A stretch of 64,000 nt of DNA from the NCBI GenBank assembly GCA_963575745.1, contig CAUYUJ010000015.1, positions 558,001 to 622,000 of the forward strand, written 5' to 3'. Source of the stretch: Prorocentrum cordatum. Lineage: Eukaryota. Every line of letters begins with the position of its first letter. Positions within the stretch are counted from its first letter, which is position 1. Shown here piece after piece: positions 47,416 to 60,318 of the stretch. Under the pieces are notes generated by a model that saw only the letters and a list, made by a program, of their open reading frames with translations, was not told the origin of the DNA and ran no database searches. The position numbers were made by a program, and so were the translations under genes.

Positions 47416-48536
47416 ATTCTTGACGTTTCGCGTGCCCCCACCAGCCCATCCAGTAACGATCGCCAGGCGAGTTGCCTTGATCAGGGAAGTGTAGAAGCAT
47501 GCAGTGGAACAACCGCCTTGGAAGTGTTTCGGGGGCGCTGAAACTGCGGGGACATGTGTTGAATGATTTTACCGATGTTCCGCACTTGGCTGGTGCATTT
47601 GGGCCGCAGGAGTGGTTCAGGGGTTGAAATGGAGCGCGGCCCAAAAAGTACAAATCAGAGAACGGTCCAAGATGCCCCCAAGATGGCTCAGTACGATTTC
47701 GGGACGGCCTTGGAAGCCCTCAGAGAAGCTCAGGAGGGCCTCCAGAGACACCCCTGAAGGGCCCGACGAAGCGAAAATCTCCAACGCTCGTGAAGTTCTC
47801 TTGAAATTTTAGCGTTTCCACATTTCTCGTTGTGGACACGTCAACGACGGCCGAAACTGCCTCAAGAACCGCCTCGAGACGCCATGACAGCCTCCAGAAA
47901 AGGCTCCGAATACACCCTGGAAGGGGTTCAAGTTCGACCCGAAGACATAAACACGAGCCCAGAAAACGTCCAGGGGTTTCGAAGAAGCCTCCACGATCGT
48001 TCCACGACGGCACAAGTGGCTCCCGAGGCGGCACCTTGTAACCTCAAGAGCCTTCGAGAAGCCCCGGAGGCGCTCCCCCAGGGACTCCCAAAGCGCCCCA
48101 AGACAGCCAGAGACGCTCCCAACAGGCCATCAAAGAGTCCCCAAGAGGCTCCCATCGTGGCGCGGATATTCCCGCAGGATCGGTAACCTCGAAACTCGAT
48201 CCTTGAGGTTGGAACCCCATCGTGAGAGGAACGATGACGCGGAGGAGGATCAGGAATGCAAGGGCGAGGAGGGAATCAGGATGATCACGAGGAGGTGGAT
48301 GAGGAGGTCGATGAGCAGTGGCAGGACGCCACGGCAGCGGAGGAGGAGGAGGTGGAGGAGGAGGAGGAGGAGGAAGAGGAGGAGGAGGGGATGACGACAT
48401 GCGCGCGAATGCGGTAGGAGTCAGAGGAGGAAGAGAGGGAAGGAAGAGAGGGCAGAGGGGTATTGTAGGTGGAAGGTAATGGTCAAGATTCTCGGCTTCA
48501 AGCGCCGGGGGCTTTCAGCTTTGTGCGGCCGTCGCC

Positions 48537-51500
48537 ATGGTGATGCTGAAGTTGTTGGCCGTGAACGGTCACTCGAAGTCCGACGTGATCGAGGTTGACT
48601 CGGCGGCCAGCGGGGCGGACCTCCTCGCCGCGATCAAGGCCAAGCTGGGCTGGACCTTCACGGCGGCCAACTACCAGAACGAGGCTGGCGATCTGTTCTC
48701 GCCCCAACTACATGCTAGCACTTCCTGTGCATACCACGGCGCGTGCACACCACAGCAGCCGCGTGCACCATTGCGCCTGTGTACACCGCCGTGTTTACGC
48801 GCACCACAGCTCCCGCGTGCACGACGACGCTTGTGTAGACCACAGCTTTTTGTTTACTGCAGCGCGTGCGTGAACCACGGTGGTTGTGAGCACCCAGTGC
48901 CTGTGTGCCTGGGAGAATTCATACTTATCGTCCGTGCCGGCGTTGTGGCTAGCATGTAGCATCTTGGGATGCAGATCCCCGGAGGGACGCGCGCGGGGCG
49001 AGCCGCTGCCTCTCGACCAGCCGCTCGGCGACGCCCTGAAGGACGGCGCCGCGGTCACGGCGAAGCGGGACAGGGGCGCCAGGCCGCCGGCGGCCACTCC
49101 GGCGCGGCGGGCGGCGGCGGCGGCGGCAGCGGCGCCGGCGAGCGAGGGCGGCAAGCCTCGCTCACGCTCGCGCTCCCCGAAGAGCTCGGCGCCGGACGGT
49201 GGGTCGACTCGCGAGAGCGGGGCCGCGAGCGCGGCCGCGCCCGCGGCGGCGGTCCAGCAGGCCCCGCCGCGCGCAGCCGCGGGGGCGCCGAGGGCGGCGG
49301 CGCCGCGGGTGGCGGCGGCGCCCCCGGCGGCGGCGCCGGGGGTCGCGGGGGGCGAGCGCGGCGCCGGCGTTGGCAGGCTGCGGGAGGAGCTGGCGCAAGC
49401 GCGCCGGAAAGCCGCCGCCGCGGCCGCGGCGTTGGGCGTGCGCGACCAGGAGCTCGCGACGGCGCGCGCGGAGCTGGCGCAGGCGCGCCAGGAGGCGGCC
49501 GACGCAGACGCGGCCTGCAGCAAGGTGGAGACGAGGTCGGTTCACGGGGTTGACGGCCACTGAGCGCGCCTGCGGGAGAAAGTGCAGACTTCCTCGCGCG
49601 GGGGCGCCGGGCCGCACCGCGAACCGCACTTGGTCTGCCAGGTGCGCGGGCCTGGCGACGGAGGTAGCCCGCCTGCAGGGCGAAGGGGGGGCGCTCAGGG
49701 GGCAGCTGAGCTACTGGCGCACGATGCACCGCGGCGGCCCGCACGTGGACGGCGCGGACTACCCTGGCAAGAAGGAGTTGGCCCTGCAGGAGCAGGTGGC
49801 GCTCCGCGCGAAGATCTCGGCGTCGGGGAGCGCTCGCGCGCAATCGCCCTCGCGCCAGGGGAGGGCCCCGCGGTGCTCCTCGAACGGGTTCAGGAGTGGG
49901 TGCCCGTTGGCGTCACCGAGTGCTTCCACAAGCGCTTGCGTCGTTGGAGAGTTTTGCCAGCGCTGTGTTTTACCCTGGCGCGAGGGGCTCGCCTTGGGAA
50001 CGTCGTGCGCCTCCGATGCACAGTGTGCCGCGCCGTATTTGCCGGCAACTGGAAGTGGCCAGCAGTGCCAAAGGGTTCTCAGTTCCTGCGAGGCTTTCAC
50101 TCGCCTGTTCTTGCCCGCACTTGCTGCGAGCAGAACCGGTGGTTTTTTGCGACTCCGCAGGTCGTCGTTGAGGTCACCCTGTTGTCTTACTTGCTCGGTT
50201 TCCTAGCCCGCGGCGGCATGAGCTTCACCGCGTTCGCTGTGATCTACCAGACCTTGTGGCCAGCGCCCATGCGCGGCACGATGTGCGCGTCAAGGACGCA
50301 CCTGCTGCAGATCTTCGAGATCAACGTGATCGCCTTCGCTTGCATATTGATGTTCGCCGAGTGCGCTCTGGACGCTCACACATTCGTCTGGCGTCTGCGG
50401 CCGCGCCACCAGGGCTCCGATTTTGAGGCGTTGCTCTGTCAGGCGAGGAAGGCGTTCTCGACGTCGTCAGCTTCTCATGCTTGTTAGCTATTCCGCCGCG
50501 TGCGGGCCCTGGTCGTTGACGGCAAATGGCGCGTCCAGACCAGTATATGCAATGCCCGGGACTGCAATCCCGTCTTCTCCGCGGAAGTTCGGGAGGGGTA
50601 TTTCAAGGGATGCACGGAGCGGCCCGCCCCTGGCAGTTTGCATTGCAAGAGGCATGCGTATGCTCGCGGGCACCGACGACGGTGGCAGCAATCCCTGGAC
50701 GCACTCGTGGTGGAGGACCACCGTAAAACAGTCCGGCAAGACGGGGTGCTCCTGGAGTACAGGGTGCAGGGGGGGTGGGCGAGGCGGGAGGCCGTGAACA
50801 CGGACGACGTCAGGCAGTGCGAGATGCGGTTGCTTCGGCGGGCGAGGCAGAAGAAACAGCAGGAGGACTGCAACAAGGATGACAGGAAGGACGTCGACGA
50901 GTTGCTGGTTGGCCGCAAATCCGCGGGCATCTTCGTGGCCGTCACGCCCTGCCTGCAAATTGCGGCAATTGCGCCGATGTGGGCGTCCGAGAGCATTTCG
51001 CAATTACTGTTGTTCTTGCTGGCCACCAGGGAGCTGTTGCTAGATTTGGCATACGCGATTTACGACAACGCCTGCGCGGTCGCGCGGCACCTGCGCAAGC
51101 GGCAGCGCGAGGGCCCCACGAGCGATCCGGGCGCGCCCGGCTGGACGTGGTTACTGGGCTTGCAATGGATCATCGATCGGTTGCATTTCACCTATCACAA
51201 GAGCTGCCGCGATAAGACGAGCCCGTACTTCGTGCCTGGCGTCGACGCCGACGACTACCCCTCTCTGAAGGGCGTGGACACAGAAGCGGCGGAGCAATTG
51301 TTCCACGTGGCCAATCGCTGGCAGGTCGTCCTGTCCGGGGCGCACCCAGTGCACGAGGAGCTGCTGCTCCTCATTTTCGCGCGGGACCACAACAGGAGGC
51401 AGTCCTGCCACCGCGCCATCCAGACGCACCGCTCCGCTCAAGCTGCGCCGGCTGCCCCCCGCAGCGGACCGAGTTCTTCGGCCGAGGGGGGCCTGCGTCT

Positions 51501-51900
51501 CGCGGCGGCGTGCGCGGGGGGGTGCGAGTGCGATATCCCAGACCGCGCGGGCTGGCGGAAGAAGCGGAAGACAATCCGGACGTCTTGCGAGGTCCCAGAG
51601 CCCCCGCCGCCTGAACAGGCCCCGGATGGAGAGGCAGGCAAGCGTGCCGCCCCGGCAGAGGCGCCGTGCGATCCTCTCCCGACGATGAGGAAGCAGGACC
51701 TACACAGCGCTCACGTGTGGATTAACTTGCGCAGCAAGACCGTGCGCCACGCAGTGCTGCGGAATTATGTGTCCGCTGGGTGCGGATATTTTTTTGGTCA
51801 GGACAGCCGGCCCCTTAGGTTGGACCGGGCCGACGTGCGCGGCATGTTCTCGCGCGGTAGCTGCTATGGGCTTCGGGCTTGCATTGTCGCAGATGCCGCC
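48537..51900 (+). pseudogene. KDZ (Kyakuja-Dileera-Zisupton)-type transposase with a CxC-like region; disrupted by an insertion, frameshifts and an in-frame TAG at 50485
   Basis: VVDGKW, VTPCLQI..MWASES, YDNAC, IDRLHFTYH..C, DTEAAEQ, HN; upstream RCTVC and FTAFAVIY; coiled-coil segment. Confidence 0.75.
48694..48973. mobile_element. 280-bp TG...CA insertion (MITE or solo-LTR-like) with GATC target-site duplication
   Basis: GATC at 48690-48693 and 48974-48977; perfect 12-bp inverted repeats ctacatgctagc/gctagcatgtag, each 14 nt inside the ends. Confidence 0.75.
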
Positions 51901-52577
51901 TGGCGCGCGCCGCCGATCGTTGGCGGGCAGGTTGGCGGGGGGGCGAACGGGGGAGACATGGGGTCGGGGAGGGTGCCTGCCGCGGGCGAGTGGGGGTGCG
52001 GCGCGCTGCGCGTCGGCGCGGGACCCATGGGCGACTGGCGGGGCAGGGTGGCGAATCATAGCACGTAGCCAGTTCGTGGCGCGCAGAGCGAATCCAGGGG
52101 GGTGGAGACGATTGGGCTCGAGTTGAAGGCAGTGCAGCGGGGTGCAGCCCTGTGCTTGGAGTTCTCGTCGGGGAGGGGGTCTTAAATTGGGCTGCGGGGT
52201 AGGCGAAAGGGCGCCGGGTTGAATGGGCACTGTCGGGTCATTGTAGCGCAGGGTGCAGAGAAGGGGGCTGGGGCGATCGTTCCAGAGAGTGGCGCAGGGC
52301 GCGCGCGCCGGCGGCCGCGGAGCCGTCAGGACACAGGCTCTTGGGACCTCAATTGTTTCAAGCAGCGCGCGCAAGTCGCACTGGGCTTGTTCTGCAGGAC
52401 TGCCTTCGCGCGCGCCGCGGAGCTCTCGCGGGCGCTGAGAGGCGATCGCTTCGCCTTGCTCTCTGATCCAAAAGAGTTCGCCTGCCCGCCCCGCGCCGCT
52501 TCCCCGCTCGAGTCGTGGCCCAGGGCGGCCCCCCTCGTTTGCCCCCAGCCAACTTGCGTTGCTGGGTCCTCGTTTTG

Positions 52578-54300
52578 AAGAGAGGCCCCTTTCGAAATTG
52601 CATTAAAGCAGAAATCTGCCTCCAAGAGAGCACCCAGTACTCAACAGGCCCCGTCTCCAGGAAAGCACCGGGCACTCAACAGGCCCCGCCTCCAAGAGAG
52701 CACCCAGCACTCCACGGCCTCCGATGCCAGAGAGGCCCCTTCAAAGTTGCATTAAAAAAGAAATCCGCCCCCAAGAGAGCACCCGCTACTCAACAGGCCC
52801 CGTCTCCAAGAGAGCACCCATCACTCAACAGTCCCCGCCTCCAAGACAGCACCCGGCACTCAACAGGCCCCGCCTCCAAGAGAGCACCCAGTACTCCACA
52901 GCCTCCGATGCCAGAGAGGCCCCTTCGAAGTTGCATTAAAAAAGAAATCCGCCTCCAAGAGAACACCCAGTACTCAACATGCCCCGTCTCCAAGAGAGCA
53001 CCCAGTACTCAACAGGCCCCGCCTCCAAGACAGCACCCGGCACTCATCGGGCCCCGCCTCCAAGAGAGCACCCAGTACTCCACAGCCTCCGATGCCAGAG
53101 AGGCCCCTTCGAAGTTGCATTAAAAAAGAATTCCGCCTCCAAGAGAGCACCCAGTACTCAACCGGCTCCGTCTCCAAGAGGGCGCCCAGTACTCAACAGG
53201 CCCCGTCTCCAAGACAGCACTCGGCACTCAACAGGCCCCGCCTCCAAGAGAGCACCCAGTACTCCACAGCCTCCGATACCAGAGAGGCCCCTTCGAAGAT
53301 GTATTCAAAAAGGAATCCGCCTCCAAGAGAGCACCCAGTACTCAACAGGCCGCGTCTCCAAGAGGGCACCCAGCACTCAACAGGCCCCGTCTCCAAGACA
53401 GCACCCGGCACTCAACAGGCCCCGCCTCCAAGAGAGCACCCAGTACTCCACAGCCTCCGATGCCAGAGAGGCCCCTTCAAAGTTGCATTCCCAAAGAATT
53501 CCGCCTCCAAGAGAGCACCCAGTACTCAACAGGCCCCGTCTCCAAGAGAGCACCCGCTACTCAACAGGCCCCGTCTCCAAGACAGCACCCGGTACTCAAC
53601 AGGCCCCGCCTCCAAGACAGCACCCAGCATTCCACAGGCCCCGTCTCCAAGAGAGCACCCAGCACTCAACAGGCCCCGTCTCCAAGACAGCACTCGGTAC
53701 TCAACAGGCCCCGCCTCCAAGAGAGCATCCAGTACTCCACAGCCTCCGATACCAGAGTTGCCCCTTCGAAGTTGTATTAAACGAGAAGTCCGCCTCCAAG
53801 AGAGCACCCAGTACGCAACAGGCTCCGTCTCCAAGAGGACGCCCAGTACTCAACAGGCCCCATCTCCAAGTCAGCACTCGGTACTCAACAGGCCCCGCCT
53901 CCAAGAGTGCACCCAGTATTCCACAGCCTCCGATACCAGAGAGGCCCCTTCGAAGTTGCATTAAAAAAGAAACCCGGCTCCAAGAGAGCACCCAGTACTC
54001 GACAGGCCCCGTCTCCAAGAGAGCACCCAGTACTCAACAGGCCCCGTCTCCAAGACATCACTCGGTACTTAACAGGCCCCGCCTCCAAGAGAGCACGCAG
54101 TACTCCACAGCGTCCGATATCAGAGAGGCCCCTGCGAAGTTGCATTAAAAAAGAAAATCGCCTCCAAGAGAGCACCCAGTACGCAACAGGCTCCGTCTCC
54201 AAGAGGGCGCCCAGTACTCAACAGTCCCCATCTTGAAGACAGCACTCGGTACTCAATAGGCCCCGCCTCCAAGAGAGCGCCCAGTATTCGACAGCCTCCG
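52578..54300. repeat. Higher-order satellite: mostly ~184-bp units built from 33-bp subunits
   Basis: Subunit ctcaacaggccccg(t/c)ctccaaga(g/c)agcacccagta; anchor agagaggccccttcgaagttgcattaaaaaag about every 184 bp. Confidence 0.92.
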
Positions 54301-54594
54301 GTACCAGCGATACCAAGAGGGAGGGGGATGGGGAGGGACAGGAGGAGGAGGAGGAGGAGGAGGAGGAGGAGGAGGAGGAGGAGGTGGAGGAGGCTGGGGA
54401 GGGGGGAGGAGGAAGAGGAGGAGGAAGAGGAGGAGGAAGAGGAGGAGGAAGAAAGGATGAGGAGGTCGGGGGGCGGAGGAGGAAGCGGAGGAGGGGGAGG
54501 ATGAGGGGGATGAGGAGGCGTGGTGGTGTTGCATGTGTGGCGTGGTGCGGTGGTCAGGGAGCGCGCGGGCGCCCGCCCGCACGACTCGCCGCTC

Positions 54595-54960
54595 GCCCGT
54601 TAGGGCCCCGCCCGCCGCCCGACTCGCACGCCCGTTAGGGTCTCTCGCCCGACCCGACCCGCCCGTTAGGGTACGCACGTGCCAACTCGATGATGCATCA
54701 TACTTTAATGTCCCACCCGCCCGACCCGACCCGCCCGTTAGGGTATGCACGTGCCATTTCGATGGGGCATCATAATTTAATGTCTTGCCCGCCCGACCCG
54801 ACCCGCCCGTCAGGGTGCGCACGTGCCAACTCGATTATGCATCATATTTTATTGTCCCACCCGATCGACCCGACCCGCGCGTTAGGGTACGCACGCGCCA
54901 GCTCGATGATTCATCATACTTTAACGTATCGCCCGACCCGACCCGCCCGTTTGGGTATGC
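54595..54960. repeat. ~73-bp tandem repeat, ~4-5 copies
   Basis: cccgacccgacccgcccgttagggtacgcacgtgcca...gatgatgcatcatactttaat. Confidence 0.8.
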
Positions 54961-54964
54961 CTGT

Positions 54965-56850
54965 GTGGTACCCCGCCAGCTTGATACCTCCCCCGGGGCC
55001 CCCTTACCAAGCCAGCGGCCGCCGGCTTGGTACCCTCGCAGGCTTGGTACCCCCACAGGGGATCCCCCCTTCCAAGCCAGCGGTCGCCGGCTTGGTACCC
55101 CGCCGGCTTGGTACCCCCCTCCCCCCCAGGGGCTCCCCCCTACCAAGCCAGCGGCCGCCGGCTTGGTACCCCGCCGGCTTGGTACCCCCGCAGGGGGCTC
55201 CCCCCAGCCAGCGGCCGCCGGCTTGGTCCCCCCCCCAGGGGCTCCCCCCTACCAAGCAGGCGGCCGCCGGTTGGGTGCCCCCCCAGGAGCTCACCCCTAC
55301 CAAGCCAGCGGCCGCCGGCCTGGTACCCCGCCGGCTTGGTACCTCTTCCCGGGGGCTCTCCCCTACCAAGCCAGCGGCCGCCGGCTTGGTACCCCGCCGG
55401 CTTGGTACCCCCCAAGGGGCTCCTCCCTACCAAGCCAGCGGCCGCCGGCTTGGTACCCCGCCGGCTTGGTACCCCCCTCCCCGCAGGGGCTCTCCCCTAC
55501 CAAGCCAGCGGCCGCCGGCTTGGTACCCCGCCACTCCCCCCTATCAAGCCGGCCGCCGGCCCCCGGGTTTCCCCCTTACCAAGCCAGCGGCCGCCGGCTT
55601 GGTACCCCGCCGGCTTGGTACCCCCCCAGGGCCCCCCACCTACCAAGCCAGCGGCCGCCGGCTTGGTACCCCCGAGTGCTTGGTACCCGCCCCAGGGGAC
55701 CCCCCCTACCAAGCCAGCGGCCGCCGGCTTGGTACCCCGCCGGCTTGGTACCTCCCCAGGGTCTCCTCTTACCAAGCCAGCGGCCGCCGGCTTGGACCCC
55801 CCAGGTGCTCCCCCTACCAAGCCAGCGGCCGCCGGCTTGGTACCCCGCCGGCTTGGTCCCCCTCCAGGGCCCCCCCCCTACCAAGCCAGCGGCCGCCGGC
55901 TTGGTACCCCCCGGTCTGGCACCCCCCAAAAAAGCGCTCCCCCCTACCAAGCCAGCGGCCGCCGGCTTGGTACCCCGCCGGCTTGGTACCTCTTCCCGGG
56001 GGCTCTCCCCTACCAAGCCAGCGGCCGCCGACTTGGTGCCCCGCCGGCTTGGTACCCCCCAAGGGGCTCCTCCCTACCAAGCCAGCGGCCGCCGGCTTGG
56101 TATTCCCCCAGGTGCTCTCCCTACCAAGCCAGCGGCCGCCGGCTTGGTACCCCGCCGGCTTGGTACCCCCCCAGGGGTTCCCACCTACCATGCCAGCGCC
56201 GGCTTGGTAGCCCGCCGGCTTGGTATCCGGGAACCCCTCCCCCCCCCCTCCCGCCCTCCCACGATGCCGCCGGCTTGGTACCCCGCCGGCTTGGTACCTC
56301 CCCCCGCCGCCGCCCCCTACCAAGCCAGCGCCGGCTTGGTACCCCGCAGGCTTGGTATCCGGGAGCCATTCCCCCCCTCCCGCGCTCCCGCTATGCCGCC
56401 GGCTTGGTACCCCGCCGGCTTGGTACCCCCCGCAGCTCGCCCCCTACCAAGCCAGCGCCGGTTTGGTACCCCGCCGGCTTGGTATCCGGGAGCCCTTCCC
56501 CCCCCCTCTCCCGCCCTCCCACGATGCCGCCGGCTTGGTACCCCGCCGGCTTGGTACCTCCCCCCGCCGCCCCCGCTACCAAGCCAGCGCCGGCTTGGTA
56601 CCCCGCCGGCTTGGTATCCGGGAGCCCCTCCCCTCCCTCCCGCGCTCCCGCGATGCCGCCGGCTTGGTACCCCGCCGGCTTGATACCCCCCGCAGCCCAC
56701 CCCCTACCAAGCCAGCGCTGGCTTGGTACCTTGCCGGCTTGGTATCCGGGAGCCCTTCCCCCTTCCTCCTCCCGCCCTCCCACGATGCCGCCGGCTTGGT
56801 ACCCCGCTGGCTTGGTACCCTTCCGCCGCCCCTCCCCTACCAAGCCATCG
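54965..56850. repeat. Tandem hairpin-forming satellite (copy 2, more diverged)
   Basis: Same taccaagccagcggccgccggcttggta core and same orientation as 45140-46336. Confidence 0.92.
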
Positions 56851-58958
56851 CCCGGCGTACACTCTGCATCGGTCCGAGAACTTACGTCACCGTTGTCCCG
56901 AGTGCTATGTTGTCCCATGCTCTCTGTCGTCACTGGAGCTGGGAATTTGGGCACTCGCTGCGGCTGCGGCATGTTTTCCACCTTCTTGAAATGCATAACT
57001 GTCTCAACATCGTTGGCACTACAAGCAATAATAGGTTGCGCAACAATGCTGGCTGCCTCTGAGGGCGGAAGTGATAACGTGAGAGTCAAACCCTCTGGAG
57101 TGTGCGCGTATGCGCTCTCCAAGGGATGCAAATCGAGAGCTGCAATGAGACCTTCAAAATCAGCGACATGGAAATGAGGATCACAACGTGTTTGCACAAA
57201 TTCGCACATTTTCCCGTCCACGCTTGCCGTGCACACTTTCCCATTGGAGAGTTTTCGATAGGGCACGGCGCCATGCTGACCAGATTCACGCAGAAATTGC
57301 TGCAACATGTGTAGCACATCATCCGTGCTCCCGTGCCCGGTCTTGCCATGATCAGCGGCGCCCTTCGGAAGAAAGAACATTGGCCATTGAGGCGATTCTG
57401 TCAACACCATGCCAACAAAGCGAAAGCCCCTCATATGTCTCCAAGCGCGGAATCGAACTTGCATTTGTTCATTCATGTAAAATTGAATGCATTCGTCCGC
57501 GATGTGACCAAGCGAACAGAAATCGCACCCGTATGATGTCAACATGTCTTGCACCTCGCTCAAAAGATGCGTACTCACAGATGCAATCACGCGATGCTGG
57601 TACTGCCTTTTCCTCGCATGGTGAACGGTAATGGCTCCATTCTCTTCCCATTCCCGAAAGCTTTCGGGGAAATCAGAGGCCTCTGCGACAAAAGTGACCT
57701 TAGGCATCGGCTTACACACGACCCTGCGCTCGCATTGAATTTTACGTCCCGGACCCGCTTGCTCGATGCAAAGATTACGTGTGGTAACAATTCCCTCCCT
57801 CGCAGACGCTTGAAATTCAAGCACGTACAAATAAGTATTCGGAGTCTGCAATCGGGCAGCCGTCACAGATATCCCGTGCAAATGCTTCAAAGCAAATCGT
57901 GAAGACAGAATTCCTAGCGGGGCAAGCTGTGCATTTTCATGACGTCCCCAGAACCCCGTGTCTGAGCGCACGACGTCTGTCACGATCAATCTTGGAACGT
58001 TTTTCTTACCGAGGTGTTGTTTCACAGCTGGGCTGCTAGATCCGTGCACCCAGACGTCTCCATGACTACCCGAAAAAGCGCGATCATGAGGGATAACCTG
58101 GGTAAATTCTGGGCCTGCTCCTATCTGATCGCCGATCTCAGCATCAGCGTGAAGCGTACTCGCCCGGACCCCCATCAAATTGGCAATTTTGCGCAACATG
58201 TCAGGCAAATGCATGTCCGTCGGCCCTGGATGCGACGCCTCCCCTATTCTGCATGCTCGTAGTCCGTACCGAGCAGCAGTCCGGAGGGAGGTCAAAATTT
58301 TATGGCCCACAATGTTTGGAATCCCAACCTGCCAATGCAACGTCGTGGCGTTCAATCTGAAAGCGGCAGGGCGAGCCCCCATTAGTCCCTCGACGTCCCC
58401 AGGCGTTCCACCCAACAAGGCAGCCTTCACCCCAATTCCGAATGCCCTCCCCCCAGCTTTGGTTCGTTGGGAAAGCCGATGGTTTGACGTGGAGTCCCGT
58501 TGAATCCCCATCTTCTCGGACGGAGCCTGGACGTGCCATGTTGTGGTAATCGGAACGTCGTTGTAGGTGTACTCCGTTTCAAAATAACGTGGCATCGAAA
58601 GTCCAAACAAAGACGTATTGACGAAGACAGTAGGGCCCAAATAGGATATGCTCGCGCCGCACATGATGTTCCATACTATACCCAACAGAGAGGCGTTAGC
58701 AGTCGAAACAAAGCCTCCCTCGATACGCACAGCGCAGAACACATGCAACGCCTGGTCGTCGTAGAAGCCCTTGCTCTCATAGAAGGCCGAGTTGCACCTG
58801 TCGTCGTTCGAGAGGCCCACGGCCACCCCGAGCAGGCTCGCGGCCTCGCTGGCCTCTGGGCGCGCCAAGCCGGCGAACGCCGGGAGCGCCAGCGTCAGCA
58901 GCGCCCGCGGCAGACTCGCGGCGGCACGCGGGCGTGGACCTGCGCCCAGGAGCCTCAT
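56850..58958 (-). CDS. Intronless hypothetical protein (~700 non-repetitive codons; possible signal peptide); frame runs into the satellite to a stop at 56391
   Basis: Long stop-free frame in unique sequence; hydrophobic N-terminal LLTLALPAFAGLA; no confident domain. Confidence 0.55.
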
Positions 58959-59891
58959 CGCCCGCCGCGCCGACGGCCCCAAGAGGTGCCCAAGAGGGTG
59001 CCCTAGGGGCGGCTCCGCGCGCGCGAACTAGAACATTATTAACCAGCCGCCGGAGATCTGAGCACGCCCTTGAGCCCTTGGTCCCCAGACAACCCAAGTG
59101 TGCCCCAAGAGCGCGCCAAGAGAAGGCCCCGAGGGGTCCCGAGGCGGCCCGGGCCCGCCCCGAAGCAGGGCACGACAGGCAAATGGAGGTTCCGAGAGGA
59201 CCCTAGACGGTCCCAAGAGGCCCCGAAGACGCCCAAGCTGCCCTCAAGACGGCCGACGAGGACTCCAACACGCTCCAGGACGGACTCAAGAGGCTCCCCA
59301 ATAGGGCCCTGGGAGGCAAGATTCACTAATTTTCCTATAGTTTTTGAAGGATTTAGGCGTTCTCCCTTTCTCCGCTTCCCAGCGCTTCCTCACGGCCTCG
59401 CTCGGAGTCCCTTCAGATCGCGCCAAGACGGGCCACGAAGCCCCGAAGAGGGCCCCAAGACGGCCCAGGAGGCTCCCCAAACAACCCAAGTGTGCCCCAA
59501 GAGCTCCCCAAGAGAGGGCCCAGAGGGGGACCGCCAACCGATATTTCGAGGTCTCTGTCCCTAGAGGCCGCCTGTAGGACCCCGGAGGCCACCAAGAGGC
59601 CCCCACGAAGCCCCGTGAGGCGCCCAAGAGGCCCCCAGGAAGCCCCAAGAGACCCCCAAGGGGCTCCCAGGGAACGCCCAAGAGGCCCCCAACACACACC
59701 CCAACAAACCATGTCCCCAGAAAGCCTTCTGGGGACATGGTTCATCATGGGCCCGCGAGTCTCCGGAGGCTTCGAAGTACCATCATGCTACAGGAGAGCT
59801 GTCTGGGAAGTTGATTGGGAACATGACTGATCGCCTTCTCGTGGCCCTCCGCAGATCGTTTCGCACAAAGTTGCCCCAAGTGCCCCCTTGA

Positions 59892-59893
<2 letters not shown>

Positions 59894-59957
<64 letters not shown>
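59894..59957. repeat. (GAC)n microsatellite
   Basis: Direct inspection. Confidence 0.95.
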
Positions 59958-59959
<2 letters not shown>

Positions 59960-60264
59960 CGCGCCCCAATAGGCGACGACGACGACATTGCGACGACGAC
60001 GGCACGCCCCAACAGGCTCCCCAAGACGCCCCAAACCCATGCTTCCAGAAGGCCTTCTGGGAACCCGATTCTTACGGCCTCCGCCCCCCTACACAACCAT
60101 TTTCCTCGAAGGCCTTTCGGAATGCAGATTGGCATGCGTGGACTGTGGTCCACTACTTCAGTGGAGCAGTGAATTCGTCAAGGCCTGGGGCCTGCTAGAA
60201 CCTGAGCGCGCGCGAAGCGCGTGCGATGGTTCTAGTACATATATATAGAGAGAGGAGAGAAATG

Positions 60265-60318
<54 letters not shown>

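Noticed and set aside
48481..48503. SL-like words upstream of the KDZ ORF (also ~7150 and ~59070 on the minus strand)
   Set aside because: Only a short GGCT(T)CAAG-type core matches, which is compatible with chance.
54595..54960. Telomeric repeat (TTAGGG words)
   Set aside because: Only one hexamer per ~73-bp unit; no tandem telomeric tract.
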